Program-made: the position numbers and the translations under genes
DNA from: an uncultured Methanobacterium sp.
GTDB taxonomy: Archaea; Methanobacteriota; Methanobacteria; Methanobacteriales; Methanobacteriaceae
Reading direction: 5' to 3'
DNA: 64,000 nucleotides
Assembly (NCBI RefSeq): GCF_963665055.2
Contig: NZ_CAXXRN010000003.1
Coordinates: 10,326 to 74,325 of the forward strand
In this document: in pieces, positions 50,001-60,500 of the stretch
How the letters are laid out: every line of letters starts with the position of its first letter
Position numbering within the stretch: the first letter of the stretch is position 1
Notes under the pieces: generated by a model
Databases searched by the model: none
Seen by the model: only the letters and a program-made list of their open reading frames with translations
What the model was told of the DNA's origin: nothing

Positions 50001-52479
50001 CTCCAGCAGCAGTTGCAATGTTATCTTTTAATGTGGAATTTTTAATAGTTACAGTTCCTGTGCTGCAACATATGCCAATTGCACCACCATTTACTGCAGT
50101 GTTATTAGTAAATAGAGAATTATCCACCATGGTTACTGCTGTTGCATAAACTGCTCCCCCTGTAACTGTTGCAGTGTTACAGGTGAATGTGGAGTTGTTT
50201 ATGGTAAGTCTGCCGATGATATTATCCATCGCACCACCATTCTGGGCAGTGTTGCTGGTGAAGTTGCATCCGGTTACAGTCACTGTACTGGAATAACTGT
50301 CAATTGCACCCCCTGAACCATTTAAGGCAGTGTTGAAACTGAAGAACGAATTGTAAATGAGGGTGACTGATTCATCATCATTATTAATTGCACCACCATC
50401 AATATTGGCACTATTACCTGAAAAAGTGCAGTTGATTACAGTTAAAGGCCCGTCATCATCATTACATAGGGCACCACCATAAGTGGCAGTCCCATTGATG
50501 AAAATACAGTTCATCACGTTGCACGAAGCGTAGTAGTAGTTGTCTATAGCACCTGCAGAACCGTTGGTAGCACTGTTTCCATGGAAAATGCTGTCAGATA
50601 CCGTAGCTGTGCTGTAGAAGTCGTTGTTAATGGCACCAGCATACCTTTCTGCAGTGTTGGATGTGAAAGTAGAGTTATTTACACCCATAAATCCATAATT
50701 GTCATTGGTAATTGCACCACCATAATATGAGGCAGCATTGGATGTGAAAATACAATTCGACACATTAAGAGTGGTTATTGTGCCATTATAAACCTCAGTA
50801 ATGAGTAATCGAAGTTCCCTGTCATCTGTACGGTAAATACGCAGACTACTGTAATCATAACTGCATATAGCTCCACCAAAAGTTGCGGTGTTTCCTGTGA
50901 ATGTGCTACTGGTTACACTGAGGTTGCTGCCATCATAATTGAAGATAGCTCCACCAGAATCATTATTTGCAGTGTTAGATGTGAAAATACTGCTTTCTAT
51001 ACTGGCAATTCCATTGTTAAAAATAGCTCCCCCATCACCAGCTGTTCCTGCTTTGAATGTAGAGCTTGTGATGTTCAATACTCCTGTGTTGTGTATGGCT
51101 CCACCATTGGTGGTTGCAGTGTTACCAGAGAAAGTGCTTCCAGATACTGTTACCAGTACGATTGAAGTGTTATTATTATAAATAGCTCCACCAAATTCTG
51201 TGGCAGTGTTGTTTACAAAATAAGAGCTTTCTATATTTAATGTGCTGTCCCCGTAGTTTTCAATAGCCCCCCCATTTACTGCAGTGTTGTTAATGAAAAT
51301 ACAATCCTCCATGGACAGAAAACTACCTGGTCCGTTATCTATAGCCCCCCCACTGGTGCCTGCATTGTTAGACGTGAATTTACAGTCATTTAAAGCCATT
51401 TTACTCAGGTAATTACTGATAGCACCTCCTTTGATTGTTGCACTGTTACCAGAGAAGATGCAATCAGTTATAATTGCCGTGCTGTAGTTGTGGTTATTTA
51501 TAGCACCACCTGACTGGTATGCGCTGTTACCCGTGAATGTGCATCCAGTTATATTTACGCTGCCTGCAATGGGCGCATCTTTCCAGTTATCTATTGCACC
51601 ACCATAGCGTGCCCCGCAGCTGTTTTCTGTAAACTTACTGTCAATTACTGTTAAACTATTTGAATTGTGATTATCTATTGCACCACCACCATTACCCGCC
51701 TTGTTACTGTCAAAAGTTGTGTTAACAATGGTTAAATTAGCTGAACTTCCAAAGTTGTAGATTGCTCCACCATTGGAGCTGATAGCAGTATTCTGATTGA
51801 TATGGGAGTTCTGAATGTTTAAGGTTCCGCTGTTGTAGATTGCACCACCATTGCCCTTTGCCTTATTTTGGCTGATACTGCTGTTTTGAATGTTAAGTGT
51901 TCCAGTGTTGTAAATTGCACCACCATCATATGCCCAGCCCACACTGGACGAAGCAATGTTTCCAGTGATACTGCAGCTATCCAAGTACATTGTTCCGCTG
52001 TTGTATATGGATCCCCCGTAGCTTGATGTTGCATTGGTTAATGTCACATTTTTCAGAATGAATGTTACGCCTGGTTGAATAGTGAATATTTGGGCCAGGT
52101 TATAAGCATTGATTACTGTTCCGTTTTGACTTTCTCCAATTAAAGATAAATTCCGTGTTATTTGGATATTAGTATTATTTTCACCACCGTATACCCCATT
52201 AGCAACATATACTGTACCATTATCAACCACAGTACCAGTAGCATTTTTTATGGATAACTTCGGCCCATCACCAGTTAAATTATTGTACACTGGATCTTGA
52301 CCGTTGTAGGAGTCATTTCCAGTTTCATTGTTCACATAGATTATCCCAGAATCAGCAGAAACCGTTCCCAAACCAAAAATCAATATTAGTGTAAGAAATA
52401 AAATAACTGTAAGAATAAACTTTTTATTCCCCAATTTAGGCATATTATGCCCTGTTCCATTAATGATTCCCTTTAAAAT
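47098..52479 (-). CDS. Secreted adhesin-like protein: GGAI/FxxN (Pmp-like) repeats, NosD module, C-terminal transglutaminase-like domain
   Basis: Signal peptide ending VSA; many GGAI...F..N repeats; GNCVD and GYVW...DAT. Track start ATG 52443; in-frame ATT 52479 proposed. Confidence 0.9.
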   Translation of the reverse strand: MLKGIINGTGHNMPKLGNKKFILTVILFLTLILIFGLGTVSADSGIIYVNNETGNDSYNGQDPVYNNLTGDGPKLSIKNATGTVVDNGTVYVANGVYGGENNTNIQITRNLSLIGESQNGTVINAYNLAQIFTIQPGVTFILKNVTLTNATSSYGGSIYNSGTMYLDSCSITGNIASSSVGWAYDGGAIYNTGTLNIQNSSISQNKAKGNGGAIYNSGTLNIQNSHINQNTAISSNGGAIYNFGSSANLTIVNTTFDSNKAGNGGGAIDNHNSNSLTVIDSKFTENSCGARYGGAIDNWKDAPIAGSVNITGCTFTGNSAYQSGGAINNHNYSTAIITDCIFSGNSATIKGGAISNYLSKMALNDCKFTSNNAGTSGGAIDNGPGSFLSMEDCIFINNTAVNGGAIENYGDSTLNIESSYFVNNTATEFGGAIYNNNTSIVLVTVSGSTFSGNTATTNGGAIHNTGVLNITSSTFKAGTAGDGGAIFNNGIASIESSIFTSNTANNDSGGAIFNYDGSNLSVTSSTFTGNTATFGGAICSYDYSSLRIYRTDDRELRLLITEVYNGTITTLNVSNCIFTSNAASYYGGAITNDNYGFMGVNNSTFTSNTAERYAGAINNDFYSTATVSDSIFHGNSATNGSAGAIDNYYYASCNVMNCIFINGTATYGGALCNDDDGPLTVINCTFSGNSANIDGGAINNDDESVTLIYNSFFSFNTALNGSGGAIDSYSSTVTVTGCNFTSNTAQNGGAMDNIIGRLTINNSTFTCNTATVTGGAVYATAVTMVDNSLFTNNTAVNGGAIGICCSTGTVTIKNSTLKDNIATAAGGAVYNLESVNNRKKTLVITDSLVSQNLANSGNFLYNNGANSEIHYNSIMFGKGYSIYSTSGIVNSQYNWWGSNSPDFASLISGTANYSPWIYMTILASPTTINKTQTSLVTVSFNNLFNGTEVTTLDPAIGHIPNGSLVYFQSDLGTFDKNVKASFNGIASAMFTAGLVTGTVTIIATTNNQTVFTGAFINPSYFLVNSSMSSEDIQDVLDGAGAGDFVTFLSGTYNKISLIITHSLNLVGNEAILSGNEGYPVIFITGLDASGTTVTGFTISNATGSSGINVDSTNNVTITNNTLTGNVVGIQLTNAVQSTVYNNDVDSNSWVGILVYNGTGNTIASNRVSNNQEGVVLQNSSSNNLVTGNTIRDNTWNGVLVPDATSTGNQVVNNTEISGNDVGVKMYYSSGNTVQGNNVSGNSWAGIWLYNTTNTSVNGNTVSNNQEGIVLQNNANNNNITGNIVRNNTWNGILIPDATSNDNQIANNIEISGNNVGIDLFYAIGNFVQGSNVTANKWAGIWVCNGVNNTITNGNTVSANPEGIFIENSSNTVVNGNILVNNLRNGVYISNSSLIQVSGNTNISGNQVGVGLVGSSDSQISNNNIFGNSWLGVWANNAHDSTVSGNVISGNGGEGVLIENGAYSITVSQNTIQNNTAHGIIIIGTSSYNRILNNNINGNLWSDVSLETAGESVIADNTLGDSHVGIFLQNSSNNTISDNYIFNETWDGIYSGYGSNSNTIMGNTIKKGNGYGIRMQGSVNNLIYINNLLNTLILAYDDGTNQWDNGTDGNYYSDWNSTDPRQVAGGDNLDNHPSTSQIVYVPPGLEELISATSNCQADDAGIISLAHNITTGSVTAWEKSNKIFNWVKDNITYQFYYNTQKGAAETMNYGSGNCVDITHLLIALCRASAIPAQYVFGTYLNDNGTKVGYVWASLYITGDWVFADATSTENKLGVINNWNTSSLQLNGVYTSLPF
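48030..49420 (-). repeat. Shared NosD beta-helix module, copy 2 (3' part replaced)
   Basis: Long near-identical stretches with 52739..54515; diverges after NNTAHGIIIIG. Confidence 0.85.
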
Positions 52480-52738
52480 TTAGTTCCCTCCATTTATTAA
52501 TTGGACATGAAGTTCAATGCGTGTCGATCATTATGTATTTACAACCAATATATAGTTTAACTCTTAGATTTTTCTTGTAAAAAAGAATAAATAGTAGACA
52601 TAGTCCATTTATATGGTTATAATGAGTTTATTTTCAAAAAAAATCAATTAATATATGACAATTGAATAAAAACTTTAAATCTGATTTTAAAAAAAAGCAA
52701 ACGGGGAAAAATGAATTCCCCTTAAAAAAATATTTTTT

Positions 52739-54515
52739 CTATTTTGTTGTCCATGGTGTGTAGTTTACGTTTCCCTGTATCTGTGCACTGGGGTTGTCAT
52801 TGGATCCCCACCAATTGTTGGTGGCGTTAAGTGTGTTACTGGTTCCAGCATAGGTTAAACCATACTGATTACTACCAGTGATACTGTTGTTGTTCACAAC
52901 ATTGGTAGAACTGTCCGTATCAACACGCACTCCAATAGGATTCTCAGTGATGTTATTAGACAAAATCTGATTATCCAAGGAGGTATCCAAGAGACATACT
53001 CCCATCCAAGTGTTGTTTTTCACCTGATTAGACGAGATTATGTTTCCATTAGCATTCTGAAGAAGAATACCAATGTTATTCCCAGAAATCTCCGTATTGT
53101 TGTCGATAGTATTGTTACTAGCACCAACAATGATTATTCCATGCGCAGTGTTGTTCTGAATAGTATTCTGACTCACAGTGATACCATAAGCACCATTTTC
53201 AATCAAAACACCTTCTTCACTACCTGAAATCGTGTTCCCACTAACTGTGGAGTTGTGTGCATTGTTTGCCCATACTCCTAACCAGCTGTTACCAGTTATA
53301 ATGTTGTTTTCAACCCGAACATCAGAAGATGATCCAGCTATTCCAACACCCACCTGATTACCTGAGATATTAGTGTTACCTGAAACCTGAATTAGAGAAC
53401 TATTAGAAATGTAAACCCCATTTCTAAGATTATTCACTAAAATATTTCCATTTACAACAGTATTTGAACTGTTTTCAATGAATATGCCTTCAGGGTTCGC
53501 AGAAACAGTGTTACCATTGGTGATTGTGTTGTTCACACCATTGTAAACCCAAATACCAGCCCATTTATTCGCAGTAACATTGTTACCCTGGACAAAGTTT
53601 CCAATAGCATTGAATAAGTCTATTCCCACGTTGTTTCCAGATATTTCAATGTTATTTGCTATTTGATTGTCATTACTGGTTGCATCCGGTATGAGAATTC
53701 CATTCCAGGTGTTGTTTCGAACAATATTCCCAGTTATGTTATTGTTATTTGCATTGTTTTGCAGAACAATTCCTTCCTGGTTGTTGGAAACTGTGTTACC
53801 ATTTACAGAGGTGTTTGTGGTATTATAAAGCCAAATGCCGGCCCAAATGTTCCCAGAAACATTGTTACCCTGTACTGTGTTTCCGTTGGAATAATACATC
53901 TTAACACCAACATCATTTCCAGAAATCTCAGTGTTATTCACAATCTGATTACCAGTACTGGTTGCATCAGGTATAAGCACACCGTTCCAGGTGTTGTTTT
54001 TGATGGTGTTACCAGTCACAAGGTTATTACTGGAAGAATTCTGCAGTACAACACCTTCCTGGTTGTTGGAAACCCTATTGGAAGCAATGGTGTTTCCAGT
54101 ACCATTGTACACCAGTATACCAACCCAGCTGTTGGAATCAACGTTGTTGTTATAAACTGTGCTTTGAACTGCGTTTGTGAGCTGTATCCCCACAACATTA
54201 CCAGTTAAAGTGTTGTTACTGATGGTTACATTGCTGGTAGAATCAACACTTATTCCAGCGGTTCCAGTTGCATTAACAACTGTGAATCCGGTTATTGTTG
54301 TTCCAGATACATTCAAACCAGTGACACTAATAACCGGGAGAGTTCCAGTACCACTCAAGATTGCGCCTTTGCTCACAAAGTTAAGTGTATGGGTGATGCT
54401 CAATGCCATGTTGTTGTAAGTTCCATTGAGGAACGTAACAACATCCCCTATACCTGAAGAATCTATAACAGCCTGAATTTCAGCACTGGACATGCTAGGA
54501 TTCACTAAGAAGTAC
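52739..54515 (-). repeat. Shared NosD beta-helix module, copy 3
   Basis: Ends SAQIQGNVNYTPWTTK, versus ...PWTTH in copies 1 and 4. Confidence 0.9.
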
Positions 54516-57500
54516 TCGGGGTTAATAATCACATCAGCATACACTGTTTGATTATCAGCTGTTGCATTTATGCTAGCTGTTCCAGGTACTACTCCAGCAT
54601 CAAATAGTGCAGAAGCAGTTCCATTAAATGTGGCCGTTACGTTTTTATCAAATTTTCCAAGATCTGTCTGGAAATACACCCAAGATCCATTGGGTATGTG
54701 ACCTATAGCTGGATCTAAAGTTGTCACTTCGGTTCCATTAAACAGGTTGTTGAAGTTGACAGTGACCAGACTACTCTGAGTCTTGTTGATTGTTGTGGGA
54801 CTGGCAAGAATGGTCATGTAGATCCACGGTGAGTAATTTACAGTTCCACTGATTAAACTGGCAAAATCTGGACTGTTTGAGCCCCACCAGTTGTATCTTG
54901 CGTCAACAATGCCACTACCTTTGTAAATAACAGTTCCAATACTTGCTATGTTTCCACTGAAATAGTTGTACTCAAGAACTGTTGATGGAGAACCACTAAA
55001 GATCGCACCACCATAAGTAACTGCTGTATTATTAATGAAAATGCTGTTAGTCACTGAGGAAGAAGTTCCACGATTATAAATAGCACCACCATTTGCTCCA
55101 CTGTTATTCATAAATACACTGTTGGTAACAATGAGATTTCCGCGAGAATAAATCGCCCCACCACTGTAACTACCACTACCAGCAAGTATGTTTGCGGTGT
55201 TGTTTACAAATGTGCAGTTGATTATATTTAAAGGCGAACTAACCTCATTACTGCAAATAGCACCACCACGCGCATTGTCGACCAACGCAGCATTGTTGTA
55301 GAATGTGGAGTTAACTGCAGTTACTAAATTACCAGTAGTGTATATTGCACCTGCAAAACCACCAGCAACATTATCACCGAACACAGAATTACTTACAGTT
55401 AAAGTACCACTGCTACCAGTATTATATAACGCGGCACCATTGTAAGAGGCAGTGTTATTTGAAAATGTGCCATTTATGACATTTACAGTACCTCCATTAT
55501 TATAGACGGCACCACCACTCTTATTAACACCTGCATTACGGGTAAATGTACTGTTAGTGATTAATAATGTCCCTATATTGTAAATTGCTCCGCCACCATA
55601 GCTAGTTGAGGTAGCATTGTTTCCAGAAAGGTTACAGTTTAGAACATTCAAAATTCCACTGTTGTATATAGCACCACCAGTATCGGCATTACCAGCCGTA
55701 ATAGTCAAATTCTCAATGGTAACTGTCACGGTAGATGGAATATTAAATACATTTCCCAATGCCAATGCATCTATAATTGTACCATGTTCACTACTACCCC
55801 TAATGGAGGCATTCTGATTTATAGTGATACCATGATCACCAGTCAAATTGTAGGTCCCATTAGCCAAGTAAACAGTTCCATTAACATTCAAAACACTCAA
55901 AGCCTGCTTAAGAGTTTGATATGGGTTAATTTGACTACCATCACCCGTAGTATCATTACCCGTAGGTGAAACGTAAACAGTGTTTAATCCCAAAGTAACC
56001 AGTGCAGACAATGTTTGCTGGTTGACAGCGGCTGTAACATTAGTCACACCACTAACACCAGAACCTGTTAGGTTCACCTGTGACTTACCATTTACCAGAG
56101 TACCATTGGTAATAGTTCCAAGAGTAGTTGCAAATGTTACATTTGTACCATCAGGGACATGACCCTGACTGGAAATGTCATTCCCATTACTATCATGGGT
56201 TAAATCCACAGTTATCTCTGATGTTCCATCTGAAGCAACAACAGTTGGAGATGCAGTTATATTTGCCACCATCCAAGGTGAGTAATTTGCTGTTCCACTA
56301 ATTAAACTGGCAAAATCTGGACTGTTTGAGCCCCACCAGTTGTATTTTAAGTCAGCACTGCCCATGTTTGTAATTACACTACCTGTAGGTGCACTGTTTC
56401 CAACAAAGGTGTTGTAGTAGGCAACCAGGGTTGCAGTGTTGTCAATTACTCCACTTTTACTTGCTGCAGTGTTGTTGGTGAAAGTACAACCAGTCATGTT
56501 GAGAGTACTGCTATCCCAGTTTTCAATAACTCCACCGGTAGTTGCAGTGTTGTTAATGAATATGGAATTTAACACAGTTAATGCACTGTTAGGGTCATTA
56601 TCAATTGCACCACCTATTGGGGAGGTGTTGTTGATAAAGGTAGATCCAGTTATGGTCATGGTGCTTTTGAAATTGCTTACTGCACCACCGCAGATAACTG
56701 CACTGTTGTTGATGAAAGTGCAGTCGGTTATAATTGCGGTACTGTAATTGTGGCTGTTAATAGCTCCTCCGTAACCTCGGCTGGTACTTGTAACAGTGTT
56801 TCCGGTGAAAGTACATCCGGATATATTGATTGAACTGGAATCCCATATACTGACTGCACCTGCTCTTTCGGCAGTGTTGTTGGTGAATGTACAGTTGATC
56901 ACAGTTGCTGTGCAACCATCATCCACGTTGAAAGCACCACCAGACTGCATAGCACTGTTTTTGATGAAAGTACAGTTTATCACCAGGACATTACCCACAG
57001 TACCAGATTTCCAGTTGTCAATTGCACCACCGTGACGTGTTCCGCAGCTGTTTGAGTAGAAGTAACTGTTGGTCAGTGTAACATTCTGGTAGTCGTAATT
57101 GTCTATGGCACCTCCACCATTACCTGCGTAATTGCTGTTAAATGAGCTGTTGTTAATGTTCAGTGTTCCGCTGTTGTAGATAGCGCCACCATTACCTGAA
57201 GTTGCGGTGTTCTGGTTGATGATTGAATCATTGATGGTTAATGTGCCGATGTTATAGATGGCTCCACCACCGGTACTGCTGGAAGTTGCTGTGTTTCCTG
57301 AAATGGTCACATTGGTGATTGTCAGGTTTCCACTGTTAGCAATTGCCCCCCCATTGGTGTATTTACCATTGATCAGAGTCATGTTGCTAATGTTTACGGT
57401 TACGTTGGATGGAATGATGAATATTACTCCCATATTTCCGGCATCAACTATGGTGTTAGCCTGTCCTGCTCCGAAAATACTTGCATTTCTTGTAACTGTG

Positions 57501-60500
57501 ACATTGTAATCACCGGGCAAGTTATAGGTCCCACTGACGAGATACACAATTCCGTTACTATTTATAACGCTGACTGCCTGTTGAATGGTCTGGTAAGGAT
57601 TGGATTCACTACCATCACCAGTCACATCACTACCAGTAGGGGACACATAGATTGTGCTTAAACCCATTACAATGGTTGATGTGGCGTTTTGGTGGTCTAC
57701 AGCAGTGGTGACATTGGCCACTCCACTAACACCTGAACCTACCAGGTTCATCTGTGCTTTGCCGTTTACAGTGGTTCCATTGGTTATATTACCAAGGGTT
57801 GTTTCAAAGATTACTGGGATACCATCTGGAATATGACCCTGGCTGGATGTATCATTACCCTTGTTATCATGAGTCATGTCTACTGTGATAACTGAAACAC
57901 CATCTGCAGCAATAATAGTAGGTGAAGCAGTTGTATTTGCTACAATCCATGCATTTACTGCTGCATTAATTTTTCCGGCTGTTTGAGGGTTAGTTCCATC
58001 TAAATTACTTCCCCACCAGTTATTTTCAGCATTGAATGAACCGCTTTTCTTGTTAAATACTGCCACACTACTGTTATCAACGATTCTGCAGAAGTTGATG
58101 TAAGTTGTACATGAATCACCAGCATTACAAACAGCTGATCCTCCACTTGATGCTGAGTTGTTGATGAATGTGGACTGCATTATGTAAACGGTTCCTTGTT
58201 TGTTTAAGATACCTCCACCGTAATCTGCGGTGTTATTGGTGAATATACTACCATTTACAGTGGTTGTTCCACCAGTACTATAGATTCCTGCACCCCAACC
58301 CACTGCAGTGTTGTTGGTGAATGCGCAATCTGTTACATAAGCTGTTCCAGCGCTGTAAATCGAAGCACCATTGTATGTAACGTAGTTGTTTGTAAACAAG
58401 CTATTATTCACATTTAATATTGAAGTACTATAGATTCCTGCACCTCTGGTTGCACTGTTACCCGTGAATATTCCGTTGTTGATGGTTAGTGTTCCAGTAC
58501 TGTATACTGCAGCACCATTTTCAGAATTAGATCCGGATAAAGTACTGTTACTCAGGTTTAAGTTTCCGGTGTTGTAAATTGCACCACCGTATGTAGCATT
58601 ATTCCCAGAAAGTGTACTGTTATTCATATACAGGGCTCCTGTATTGTAGATAGCGCCCCCATTAGTTGCATAGTTACCTGAGAACAAACTTTGGGTGATA
58701 TCTAACGTTCCGGTGTTGTATATGGCTCCTCCACCAAGAGTAGTGGAAGTTGAATTTCCATTGGATAGTATCAAATTTACAAGGTATAACGTTCCATCAT
58801 TGGATATCAAACTGCCGGTGCTGGTTGCGCCGTTAGTCAGTGTCATGTTTTTAATGGTTAACGTGACATTTGATGAAATGTTAAATATGTTGCCAAGTCC
58901 TTCTGCACTGATAATAGTGCTGTTTGCATCTACTCCACTTATTGTTGCGTTTCCAACAACGTTAAGGTTGTAATCACCCGGCAAGTTGTAGGTTCCATTG
59001 AATAAATGGATCAAAGTTCCATTTTCACTGAGTGCTTTCCCAACAGTCTGGTAAGGATTAGATTCACTACCATCACCAGTCACATCACTACCAGTTGGAG
59101 AAACAAATATTATTTTTCCAATGGCTACGGTTGTGGTGCTGTTTTGCTCATCAATTGTGGCTGTCACAGTAGCAATACCTCCAACACCAGATCCAGTGAG
59201 GTTAACTTTTGATTTACCATTAACTGTGGTTCCATTAGTTATGTTACCCAGTGTAGTTTGGAAGTTCACAGGAATTCCATCAGGAAGATGACCCTGACCT
59301 GAAGTATCGTTTCCATTACTGTCATGAGTTAAATCCACAGTGATGTCTGAAGTTCCGTTGTAGGATATTTCTACAGGTGATGTACTGACCGAGGACACTA
59401 TCCAGGGACCAACAGTCACGTTACCAGTGACGAAACTTGAAGGATTAGCGTTACTGCCCCACCAGTTCCAGGTAGCATTCACAGACCCACTGTTACAGTA
59501 GATAGCAGTGCTGTTTGCACCGATGCTGTTGAAATGCATAGCCACTATTCCACCTGTGTTGTATAATATTCCACCTGTGGTGGCAGTGTTAGCTTCAATT
59601 AGATTACTGGTCAAGAATGCATTTCCACCGGTAATATATGATACTCCACCGGAGTTGGTTGCATTGTTCTGCAGTAAACTGCTGCTGGCAACATTCACTG
59701 TGCCACCGCTACTGTAAACAACCCCACCATTACTGGCACTGTTGTTACTGAAGGTACAGTTTATCATTGCAGCATTAGCAGTGGTTCCAGTATTGACTAT
59801 TACCCCACCGTAACCTGTTGCAGTGTTGTTAGTGAATCCAGAATCATTCACAATTAAATTCCCATAACTGTTGTAAATAACACCACCGTATGAAGATGCG
59901 GTGTTTTTATCAAAGGAGGAATTACTCACTATTAAATTCCCGTAAGTATTGTAAACTACACCACCGTAAGTTGTTGCAGTGTTGTTGTTCAATACGGAAT
60001 TAGTGACTGTGAAATTTCCATAAGAATTGTAAACCACACCACCGTATCTGGTTGCAGCATTGCTGTTAACCGTACTGCTGTCGATATTTACAATTCCCTT
60101 ATTGTTATAGATTGCACCACCATTTCGGGCAGTGTTACTGTTTAAAGTACTGTTTTTGATGGTTACTGTTCCAGTATTGTAGATTGCTCCCCCACCAAGA
60201 GTACTTGAAGTGGATGTAGCTTTATTTCCTGAAACATTAGAATTTTCAATGGTTAAGGTTCCACTATTGTAGAAAGCACCACCACTGGCTGCAGACCCGT
60301 TGATAATTGTTAAATTTTCAAGGGTAACTGAAATACCAGATAGTATGGTGAATATCGATGAACCACTGGTGTTTCCATTGATTATTGTACCATTCTGGCT
60401 TGTACCGATTATGGTCATGTTGTTGGCTATGGTTATCCCTGATTCAGTGTAAGTTCCATCAGCAATATTAACCGTACCATTATTGGTTACTGTCCCAGTA

